From contig OZ024741.1 in assembly GCA_964016885.1 (NCBI GenBank), forward strand, positions 5,394,001-5,458,000: a DNA stretch of 64,000 nt. Direction: 5' to 3'. Origin of the DNA: Eledone cirrhosa. Its lineage: Eukaryota. Shown piece by piece: positions 50,660 through 62,066 of the stretch (the first letter of the stretch is position 1; the number at the start of each line of letters is the position of its first letter). The notes under the pieces are model-generated. The model was given only the letters and a program-made list of their open reading frames with translations, had not been told where the DNA came from and made no database searches. The position numbers were made by a program, and so were the translations under genes.

Positions 50660-53600
50660 GTGGTCCACTTGAGGAGGTTATTACAGTGGTCCACTTTAGG
50701 TTATTACAGTGGTCCACCTGAGGTTATTACAGTGGTCCACTTGAGGAGGTTATTACAGTGGTCCACTTCAGGTTATTACAGTGGTGCACTTGAGGAGCCT
50801 ATTACAGTGGTCCACTTGAGGTTATTAAAGTGGTCCACTTGAGGAGGTTATTACAGTGGTATATTTTAGGTGGCTATTACAGTGGTCCACTTGAGGAGGT
50901 TATTACAGTGGTCCACTTGAGGAGGTTATTACAGTGGTCCACTTGAGGAGGTTATTACAGTGGTCCACTTGAGGTTATTACAGTGGTCCACGTGAGGAGG
51001 CTATTACAGTGGTCCACTTGAGGTGGCTATTACAGTGGTCCACTTGACGAGGTTATTACGGTGGTCCACTTGAGGAGGCTATTACAGTGGTCCACTTGAG
51101 GAGGCTATTACAGAGGTCCACTTGAGGTGGTTATTACAGTGGTCCACTTGAGGTTATTACAGTGGTCCACTTGAGGAGGTTATTACAGTGGTCCACTTGA
51201 GGTTATTACAGTGGTCCACGTGAGGAGGCTATTACAGTGGTCCACTTGAGGAGGCTATTACAGTGGTCCACTTCAGGTTATTACAGTGGTGCACTTGAGG
51301 AGCCTATTACAGTGGTCCACTTGAGGTTATTAAAGTGGTCCACTTGAGGATGTTATTACAGTGGTACAGTTTAGGTGGCTATTACAGTGGTCCACTTGAG
51401 GAGGTTATTACAGTGGTCCACTTGAGGAGGTTATTACAGTGGTCCACTTGAGGAGGTTATTACAGTGGTCCACTTGAGGTTATTACAGTGGTCCACGTGA
51501 GGAGGCTATTACAGTGGTCCACTTGAGGTGGCTATTACAGTGGTCCACTTGACGAGGTTATTACGGTGGTCCACTTGAGGAGGCTATTACAGTGGTCAAC
51601 TTGAGGAGGCTATTACAGAGGTCCACTTGAGGTGGCTATTACAGTGGTCCACTTGAGGTTATTACAGTGGTCCACTTGAGGAGGTTATTACAGTGGTTCA
51701 CTTGAGGTTATTACAGTGGTCCACATGAGGAGGCTATTACAGTGGTCCACTTGAGGAGGCTATTACAGTGGTCCACTTGAGGAGGCTATTACAGTGGTCC
51801 ACTTGAGGTTATTACAGTGGTCCACTTGAGGAGGCTATTACAGAGGTCCACTTGAGGTTAATACAGTGGTCCACTTGAGGTTATTACAGTGGTCTTCTTG
51901 ATGTTATTACAGTGGTCCACTTGAAGTTATTACAGTGGTCCACTTGAGGAGGCTATTACAGAGGTCCACTTGAGATTATTACAGTGGTCCAATTGAGGAG
52001 GTTATTACAGTGGTCCACTTAAGGAGGTTATTACAGTGGTCCACTTGAGGAGACTATTACAGTGGTCCACTTGAGGAGGTTATTACAGTGGTCCACTTGA
52101 GGAGGTTATTACAGTGGTCCACTTGAGGTTATTACAGTGGTCCAATTGAGGAGGTTATTACAGTGGTCCACTTGAGGAGGTTATTACAGTGGTCCACTTG
52201 AGGTTATTACAGTGGTCCACTTGAGGTTATTACAGTTGTCCACTTGAGGAGGCTATTACAGTGGTCCACTTGATGTTATTACAGTGGTCCACTTGTGGAG
52301 GTTATTACAGTGGTCCACTTGAGGTTATTACAGTGGTCGACTTGAGGTTATTACAGTGGTCCACTTGAGGGGGCTATTACAGTGGTCCACTTGAGAAGGT
52401 TATTACAGTGGTCCACTTGAGGTTATTACAGTGGTCCACTTGAGGAGTTTATTACAGTGGTCCACTTGAGGGGTTATTACAGTGGTCCACTTGAGAAGGT
52501 TATTACAGTGGTCCACTTGAGGAGGTTATTACAGTGGTCCACTTGATGTTATTACAGTGGTCCACTTGAGGGGGTTATTACAGTGGTCCACTTGAGGTTA
52601 TTACAGTGGTCCACTTGAGGAGGTTATTACAGTGGTCCAATTGAGGAGGTTATTACAGTGGTCCACTTGAGGTTATTACAGTGGACCAATTGAGGAGGTT
52701 ATTACAGTGGTCCGCCTGAGGAGGTTATTACAGTGGTCCACTTGAGGTTATTACAGTGGTCCATTTGAGGAGGTTATTACAGTGGTCCACTTGAGGTTAT
52801 TACAGTGGTCCACTTGAGGAGGTTATTAGAGTGGTCCGTTTGAGGAGGTCATTACAGTGGTCCACTTGAGGTTATTACAGTGGTCCACTTGAGGAGGTTA
52901 TTACAGCGGTCCAATTGAGGAGGTTATTACAGTGGTCCACTTGAGGAGGTTATTACAGTGGTCCACTTGAGGAAGTTATTGCAGTGGTCCAATTGAGGAG
53001 TTTATTACAGTGGTCCACTTGAGGAGGTTATTACAGTGGTCCAGTTGAGGTTATTACAGTGGTACACTAGAGGAGGTTATTACAGTGGTCCACTTGAGGT
53101 TATTACAGTGGTCCACTTGAGGAGGTTATTACAGTGGTCCACTTGAGGTTATTACAGTGGTCCACTTGAGGAGGCTATTACAGTGGTCCACTTGAGGTTA
53201 TTACAGTGGTCCACTTGAGGAGGTTATTACAGTGGTCCACTTGAGGTTATTACAGTGGTCCACTTGAGGAGGTTATTACAGTGGTCCAATTGAGGAGGTT
53301 ATTACAGTGGTCCACTTGAGGTTATTACAGTGGGCCACTAGAGGAGGTTATTACAGTGGTCCACTTGAGGTTATTACAGTGGTCCACTTGAGGAGGCTAT
53401 TACAGTGGTCCACTTGAGGAGGTTATTACAGTGGTCCACTTGAGGAGGTTATTACAGTAGTCCACTTGAGGTGGTTATTACAGTGGTCCACTTGAGGAGG
53501 TTATTACAGTGGTCCACTTGAGGTTATTACAGTGGTCCACTTGAGGAGGCTATTACAGTGGTCCACTTGAGGTTATTACAGTGGTCCACTTGAGGAGGTT

Positions 53601-56600
53601 ATTACAGTGGTCCACTTGAGGTTATTACAGTGGTCCACTTGAGGAGGTTATTACAGTGGTCCAATTGAGGAGGTTATTACAGTGGTCCACTTGAGGTTAT
53701 TACAGTGGGCCACTAGAGGAGGTTATTACAGTGGTCCACTTGAGGTTATTACAGTGGTCCACTTGAGGAGGCTATTACAGTGGTCCACTTGAGGAGGTTA
53801 TTACAGTGGTCCACTTGAGGAGGTTATTACAGTAGTCCACTTGAGGTGGTTATTACAGTGGTCCACTTGAGGTGGTTATTACAGTGGTCCACTTTAGGAG
53901 GCTATTACAGTGGTCCACTTGAGGAGGTTATTACAGTGGTCCACTTGAGGTTATTACAGTGGTCCACTTGAGGTTATTATAGTGGTTCACTTGAGGAGGC
54001 TATTACAGTGGTCCACTTGAGGTTATTACAGTGGTCCACTTGAGGAGGCTATTAAAGTGGTCCACTTGAGGTTATTACAGTGATCCACTTGAGGAGGCTA
54101 TTACAGTGGTCCACTTGAGGTTATTTCAGTGATCCACTTGAGGAGGTTATTACAGTGGTCCACTTGAGGTTATTACAGTGGTCCACTTGAGGTTATTACA
54201 GTGGTCCACTTGAGGGGGCTATTACAGTGGTCCACTTGAGAAGGTTATTACAGTGGTCAAGTTGAGGTTATTACAGTGGTCCCCTTGAGGAGGCTATTAC
54301 AGTGGTCCACTTGAGAAGGCTATTACAGTGGTCCACTTGAGAAGGTTATTACAGTGGTCCACTTGAGGTTATTACAGTGGACCATTTGAGGAGGTTATTA
54401 TAGTGCTCCACTTGAGGAGGTTATTACAGTGGTCCACTTGAGGAGGTTATTACAGTGGTCCACTTGAGGAGGTTATTACAGTGGTCCACTTGAGGAGGTT
54501 ATTACAGTGGTCCACTTGAGGTGGCTATTACAGTGGTTCACTTGAGGTTATTACATTGGTCCAATTGAGGAGGTTATTACAGTGGTCCACTTGAGGAGGC
54601 TATTACAGTGGTCCACTTGAGGTTATTACAGTGGTCCACTTGAGGAGGTTAATACAGTGGTCCACTTGAGTTTATTACAGTGGTCCACTTGAGGAGGCTA
54701 TTACAGTGGTCCACTTGAGGAGGTTATTACAGTGGTCCACTTGAGGTTATTACAGTGGTCCACTTGTGGAGGCTATTACAGTGGTCCACTTGAGGTTATT
54801 ACAGTGGTCCACTTGAGGAGGTTATTACAGTGGTCCACTTGAGGTTATTACAGTGGTCCACTTGAGGAGGCTATTACAGTGGTCCATTTGAGGTTATTAC
54901 AGTGGTCCACTTGAGGAGGTTATTACAGTGGTCCACTTGAGGTTATTACAGTGGTCCACTTGAGGTTATTACAGTTGTCCACTTGATGTTATTACAGTGG
55001 TCCACTTGAGGAGGCTATTACAGTGGTTCACTTGAGGTTATTACAGTGATCCACTTGAGGAGGTTATTACAGTGGTCCATTTGAGGTTATTACAGTGATC
55101 CACTTGAGGTTATTACAGTGGTCCACTTGAGGAGGCTATTACAGTGGTCCACTTGAGGTTATTACAGTTGTCCACTTGAGGAAGCTATTACAGTGGTCCA
55201 CTTGAGGTTATTACAGTGGTCCACTTGAGGAGGCTATTAGAGTGGTCCACTTGAGGTTATTACAGTGGTCCACTTCAGGTTATTACAGTGGTCCACTTGA
55301 GGAGGCTATTACAGTGGTCCACTTGATGTTATTACAGTGGTCCACTTGTGGAGGTTATTACAGTGGTCCACTTGAGGTTATTACAGTGGTCGACTTGAGG
55401 TTATTACAGTGGTCCACTTGTGGAGGTTATTACAATGGTCCACTTGAGGAGGTTATTACAGTGGTCCACTTGAGGTTATTACAGTGGTCCACTTGAGGAG
55501 GTTATTACAGTGGTCCACTTGAGGTTATTACAGTGGTCCACTTGAGGATTTTATTACAGTGGTCCACTTGAGGTTATTACAATGGTCCACATGAGGATTT
55601 TATTACAGTGTTCCACTTGAGGAGGTTATTACAGTGGTCCACTTGAGGAGGTTATTACAGTGGTCCACTTGAGATTATTACAGTGGTCCACTTGAGGTTA
55701 TTACAGTGGTCCACTTGAGGTGGCTATTAAAGTGGTCCACTTGTGGACGTTATTACAGTGGTCCACTTGAGGTTATTACAGTGGTCCACTTGAGGTGGCT
55801 ATTACAGTGGTCCACTTGAGGAGGCTATTACAGTGGTCCACTTGAGGAGGTTATTACAGTGGTCCACTTGAGGAGGTTATTACAGTGGTCCACTTGAGGT
55901 TATTACAGTGGTCCAATTGAGGAGGTTATTACAGTGGTCCACTTGAGGAGGTTATTACAGTGGTCCACTTGAGGTTATTACAGTGTTCCACTTGAGGTGG
56001 TTACTACAGTGGTCCACTTGAGGAGGTTATTACAGTGGTCCACTTGAGGTTATTACAGTGGTCCACTTGAGGAGGCTATTACAGTGGTCCACTTAAGGTT
56101 ATTACAGTGGTCCACTTGAGGAGGTTATTACAGTGGCCCAGTTGAGGAGGTTATTACAGTGGTCCACTTGAGGCTATTACAGTGGTCCACTTGAGGAGGC
56201 CATTACAGTGGTCCACTTGAGGTTATTACAGTGGTCCACTTGAGGAGGCTATTACAGCGGTCCAATTGAGGTTATTACAGTGGTCCACTTGAGGAGGTTA
56301 TTACAGTGGTCCACTTGAGGTTATTACAGTGGTCCACTTGAGGAGGCTATTACAGTGGTCCACTTGAGAAGGTTATTACAGTGGCCCACTTGAGGTTATT
56401 ACAGTGGTCCACTTGAGGATGTTTTTAGAGTTGTCAACTTGAGGAGGTTATTACAGTGGTCCAATTGAGAAGGGTATTACAGTGGTCCACTTGAGGAGGC
56501 TATTACAGTGGTCCACTTGAGAAGGTCATTACAGTGGCCCACTTGAGGTTATTACAGTGGTCCACTTGAGGATGTTTTTAGAGTTGTCCACTTGAGGAGG

Positions 56601-57476
56601 TTATTACAGTGGTCCAATTGATAAGGTTATTACAGTGGTCCACTTGAGGTGGTTATTACAGCGGTCCACTTGAGGTTATTAAAGTAGTCCAATTGAGGTT
56701 ATTACAGTGGTCCACTTGAGGTTATTCCAGTGGTCCACTTGAGGAGGTTATTACAGTGGTCCACTTGAGGTTATTACAGTGGTCCACTTGAGGTTATTAC
56801 AGTGGTCCACTTGTAGGGGTTATTACAGTGGTGCACTTCAGGTTATTACAGTGGTCCACATGAGGATTTTATTACAGTGGTCCACTTGAGGTGGCTATTA
56901 CAGTGGTCCACTTGAGGAGGTTATTACAGTGGTCCACTTGAGGTTATTACAGTGGTCCACTTGAGGTTATTACAGTGGTCCACTTGAGAAGGTTATTACA
57001 GTGGTCCACTTGAGGAGGTTATTACAATGGTCCACTTGGGGAGGTTATTACAGTGGTCCTCTTGAGGAGGCTATTACAGTGGTCCACTTGAGGTTATTAC
57101 AGTGGTCCACTTGAGGAGGTTATTACAGTGGTCCACTTGAGGAGGCTATTACAGTGGTCCACTTGAGGTTATTACAGTGGTCCACTTGAGGAGGTTATTA
57201 CAGTGGTCCACTTGAGGAGGTTATTACAGTGGTCCACTTGAGGTTAATACAGAGGTCCACTTGAGGAGGTTATTACAGTGGTCCACTTGAGGTTATTACA
57301 GTGGTCCATTTGAGGAGGTTATTACAGTGGTCCACTTGAGGAGGTTATTACAGTGGTCCACTTGAGGTTATTACAGTGGTCCACTTGTAGAGGTTATTAC
57401 AGTGGTGCACTTCAGGTTATTACAGTGGTCCACATGAGGATTTTATTACAGTGGTCCACTTGAGGTAGCTATTACA
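50660..57476 (+). repeat. Block V' (6,817 bp = V minus one 26-mer and one 23-mer)
   Basis: V markers recur at +26,700 (28542->55242, 29718->56418). The GGTCATT 23-mer is missing near 56640. Confidence 0.87.
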
Positions 57477-60400
57477 GTGGTCCACTTGAGGAGGTTATTA
57501 CAGTGGTCCACTTTAGGTTATTACAGTGGTCCACATGAGGTTATTACAGTGGTCCACTTGAGGAGGTTATTACAGTGGTCCACTTCAGGTTATTACAGTG
57601 GTGCACTTGAGGAGCCTATTACAGTGGTCCACTTGAGGTTATTAAAGTGGTCCACTTGAGGAGGTTATTACAGTGGTACATTTTAGGTGGCTATTACAGT
57701 GGTCCACTTGAGGAGGTTATTACAGTGGTCCACTTGAGGAGGTTATTACAGTGGTCCACTTGAGGAGGTTATTACAGTGGTCCACTTGAGGTTATTACAG
57801 TGGTCCACGTGAGGAGGCTATTACAGTGGTCCACTTGAGGTGGCTATTACAGTGGTCCACTTGACGAGGTTATTACGGTGGTCCACTTGAGGAGGCTATT
57901 ACAGTGGTCCACTTGAGGAGGCTATTACAGAGGTCCACTTGAGGTGGCTATTACAGTGGTCCACTTGAGGTTATTACAGTGGTCCACTTGAGGAGGTTAT
58001 TACAGTGGTCCACTTGAGGTTATTACAGTGGTCCACGTGAGGAGGCTATTACAGTGGTCCACTTGAGGAGGCTATTACAGTGGTCCACTTGAGGAGGCTA
58101 TTACAGTGGTCCACTTGAGGTTATTACAGTGGTCCACTTGAGTAGGCTATTACAGAGGTCCACTTGAGGTTATTACAGTGGTCCACTTGAGGTTATTACA
58201 GTGGTCTTCTTGATGTTATTACAGTGGTCCACTTGAAGTTATTACAGTGGTCCACTTGAGGAGGCTATTACAGAGGTCCACTTGAGATTATTACAGTGGT
58301 CCACTTGAGGAGGTTATTACAGTGGTCCACTTAAGGAGGTTATTACAGTGGTCCACTTGAGGAGACTATTACAGTGGTTCACTTGAGGAGGTTATTACAG
58401 TGGTCCACTTGAGGAGGTTATTACAGTGGTCCACTTGAGGTTATTACAGTGGTCCAATTGAGGAGGTTATTACAGTGGTCCACTTGAGGAGGCTATTACA
58501 GTGGTCCATTTGAGGTTATTACAGTGGTCCACTTGAGGAGGTTATTACAGTGGTCCACTTGAGGTTATTACAGTGGTCCACTTGAGGTTATTACAGTTGT
58601 CCACTTGAGGTTATTACAGTGGTCCACTTGAGGAGGCTATTACAGTGGTCCACTTGAGGTTATTACAGTGATCCACTTGAGGAGGTTATTACAGTGGTCC
58701 ACTTGAGGTTATTACAGTGGTCCACTTGAGGTTATTACAGTTGTCCACTTGAGGAGGCTATTACAGTGGTCCACTTGAGGTTATTACAGTTGTCCACTTG
58801 AGGAAGCTATTACAGTGGTCCACTTGAGGTTATTACAGTGGTCCACTTGAGGAAGCTATTACAGTGGTCCACTTGAGGTTATTACAGTGGTCCACTTGAG
58901 GAGGCTATTACAGTGGTCCACTTGAGGTTATTACAGTGGTCCACTTGAGGAGGTTATTACAGTGGTCCACTTGAGGAGGCTAGTACAGTGGTCCACTTGA
59001 GGTTATTACAGTGGTCCACTTGAGGAGGTTATTACAGTGGTCCACTTGAGGAGGTTATTACAGTGGTCCACTTGAGGTTAATACAGAGGTCCACTTGAGG
59101 AGGTTATTACAGTGGTCCACTTGAGGTTATTACAGTGGTCCATTTGAGGAGGTTATTACAGTGGTCCACTTGAGGAGGTTATTACAGTGGTCCACTTGAG
59201 GTTATTACAGTGGTCCACTTCAGGAGGCTATTACAGTGGTCCACTTGAAGAGGCTATTACAGTGGTCCACTTGAGAAGGTTATTACAGTGGTCCTCTTGA
59301 GGTTATTACAGTGGTCCACTTGAGGAGGCTATTAGAGTGGTCCACTTGAGGAGGTTATTACAGTGGTCCACTTGAGAAGGTTATTACAGTGGTTCACTTG
59401 AGGTTATTACAGTGGTCAACTTGAGGAGGCTATTACAGTGGTCCACTTGAGGTGGTTATTACAGCGGTCCACTTGAGGTTATTACAGTGGTCCACTTGAG
59501 GCTATTACAGTGGTCCACTTGCGGAGGCTATTACAGAGGTCCACTTGAGGAGGTTATTATAGGGGTCCACTTGAGGTGGTTATTACAGTGGTCCACTTGA
59601 GAAGGTTATTACGGTGGTCCAGTTTAGGTTATTACAGTGGTCCACTTGTGGAGGTTATTACAGTGGTCAACTTGAGGTTATTACAGTGGTCCACTTGAGG
59701 AGGTTATTACAGTGGTCCACTTGAAGAGGTTATTACAGTGGTCCACTTGAGGTTATTACAGTGGTCCACTTGAGGAGGTTATTACAGTGGTCCACTTCAG
59801 GTTATTACAGTGGTCCACTTGAGGTGGCTATTACAGTGGTCCACTTGATGAGGCTATTACAGTGGTCCACTTGAGGAGGTTATTACAGTGGTCCACTTGA
59901 GGAGGTTATTACAGTGGTCCACTTGAGGTGGCTATTACAGTGGTTCACTTGAGGTTATTACAGTGGTCCAATTGAGGAGGTTATTACAGTGGTCCACTTG
60001 AGGTTATTACAGTGGTCCAATTGAGGAGGTTATTACAGTGGTCCACTTGAGGAGGTTATTACAGTGGTCCACTTGAGGTTATTACAGTGTTCCACTTGAG
60101 GTGGTTACTACAGTGGTCCACTTGAGGAGGTTATTACAGTGGTCCACTTGAGGTTATTACAGTGGTCCACTTGAGGACGCTATTACAGTGGTCCACTTAA
60201 GGTTATTACAGTGGTCCACTTGAGGAGGTTATTACAGTGGTCCACTTGAGGCTATTACAGTGGTCCACTTGAGGAGGCCATTACAGTGGTCCACTTGAGG
60301 TTATTACAGTGGTCCACTTGAGGAGGCTATTACAGCGGTCCACTTGAGGTTATTACAGTGGTCCACTTGAGGTTATTACAGTGGTCCACTTGAGGAGGCT

Positions 60401-62066
60401 ATTACAGTGGTCCACTTGAGAAGGTTATTACAGTGGCCCACTTGAGGTTATAACAGTGGTCCACTTGAGGATGTTTTTAGAGTTGCCACTTGAGGAGGTT
60501 ATTACAGTGGTCCAATTGAGAAGGGTATTACAGTGGTCCACTTGAGGAGGCTATTACAGTGGTCCACTTGAGAAGGTCATTACAGTGGCCCACTTGAGGT
60601 TATTACAGTGGTCCACTTGAGGATGTTTTTAGAGTTGTCCACTTGAGGAGGTTATTACAGTGGTCCAATTGAGAAGGTTATTACAGTGGTCCACTTGAGG
60701 TCATTACAGTGGTCCACTTGAGGTGGTTATTACAGCGGTCCACTTGAGGTTATTAAAGTAGTCCAATTGAGGTTATTACAGTGGTCCACTTGAGGTTATT
60801 CCAGTGGTCCACTTGAGGAGGTTATTACAGTGGTCCACTTGAGGTTATTACAGTGGTCCACTTGAGGTTATTACAGTGGTCCACTTGTAGGGGTTATTAC
60901 AGTGGTGCACATCAGGTTATTACAGTGGTCCACATGAGGTGGCTATTACAGTGGTCCACTTGAGGAGGTTATTACAGTGGTCCACTTGAGGTTATTACAG
61001 TGGTCCACTTGAGGTTATTACAGTGGTCCACTTGAGAAGGTTATTACAGTGGTCCACTTGAGGAGGTTATTACAATGGTCCACTTGGGGAGGTTATTACA
61101 GTGGTCCACATGAGGTGGCTATTACAGTGGTCCACTTGAGGAGGTTATTACAGTGGTCCACTTGAGGTTATTACAGTGGTCCACTTGAGGTTATTACAGT
61201 GGTCCACTTGAGAAGGTTATTACAGTGGTCCACTTGAGGAGGTCATTACAGTGGTCCACTTGAGGTGGTTATTACAGCGGTCCACTTGAGGTTATTAAAG
61301 TAGTCCAATTGAGGTTATTACAGTGGTCCACTTGAGGTTATTCCAGTGGTCCACTTGAGGAGGTTATTACAGTGGTCCACTTGAGGTTATTACAGTGGTC
61401 CACTTGAGGTTATTACAGTGGTCCACTTGTAGGGGTTATTACAGTGGTGCACATCAGGTTATTACAGTGGTCCACATGAGGTGGCTATTACAGTGGTCCA
61501 CTTGAGGAGGTTATTACAGTGGTCCACTTGAGGTTATTACAGTGGTCCACTTGAGGTTATTACAGTGGTCCACTTGAGAAGGTTATTACAGTGGTCCACT
61601 TGAGGAGGTTATTACAATGGTCCACTTGGGGAGGTTATTACAGTGGTCCTCTTGAGGAGGCTATTACAGTGGTCCACTTGATGTTATTACAGTCGTCCAC
61701 TTGAGGAGGTTATTACAGTGGTCCACTTGAGGAGGCTATTACAGTGGTCCACTTGAGGTTATTACAGTGGTCCACTTGAGGAGGTTATTACAGTGGTCCA
61801 CTTGAGGAGGTTATTACAGTGGTCCACTTGAGGTTAATACAGAGGTCCACTTGAGGAGGTTATTACAGTGGTCCACTTGAGGTTATTACAGTGGTCCATT
61901 TGAGGAGGTTATTACAGTGGTCCACTTGAGGAGGTTATTACAGTGGTCCACTTGAGGTTATTACAGTGGTCCACTTGTAGAGGTTATTACAGTGGTGCAC
62001 TTCAGGTTATTACAGTGATCCACATGAGGATTTTATTACAGTGGTCCACTTGAGGTAGCTATTACA
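57477..62066 (+). repeat. Block Y'' (4,590 bp)
   Basis: Y markers at ~58978 and ~59845; 1-bp deletion near 60486. Confidence 0.85.

Noticed and set aside
60481-60490. Private 1-bp deletion AGTTGCCACT
   Set aside because: Singleton; may be a sequencing error.
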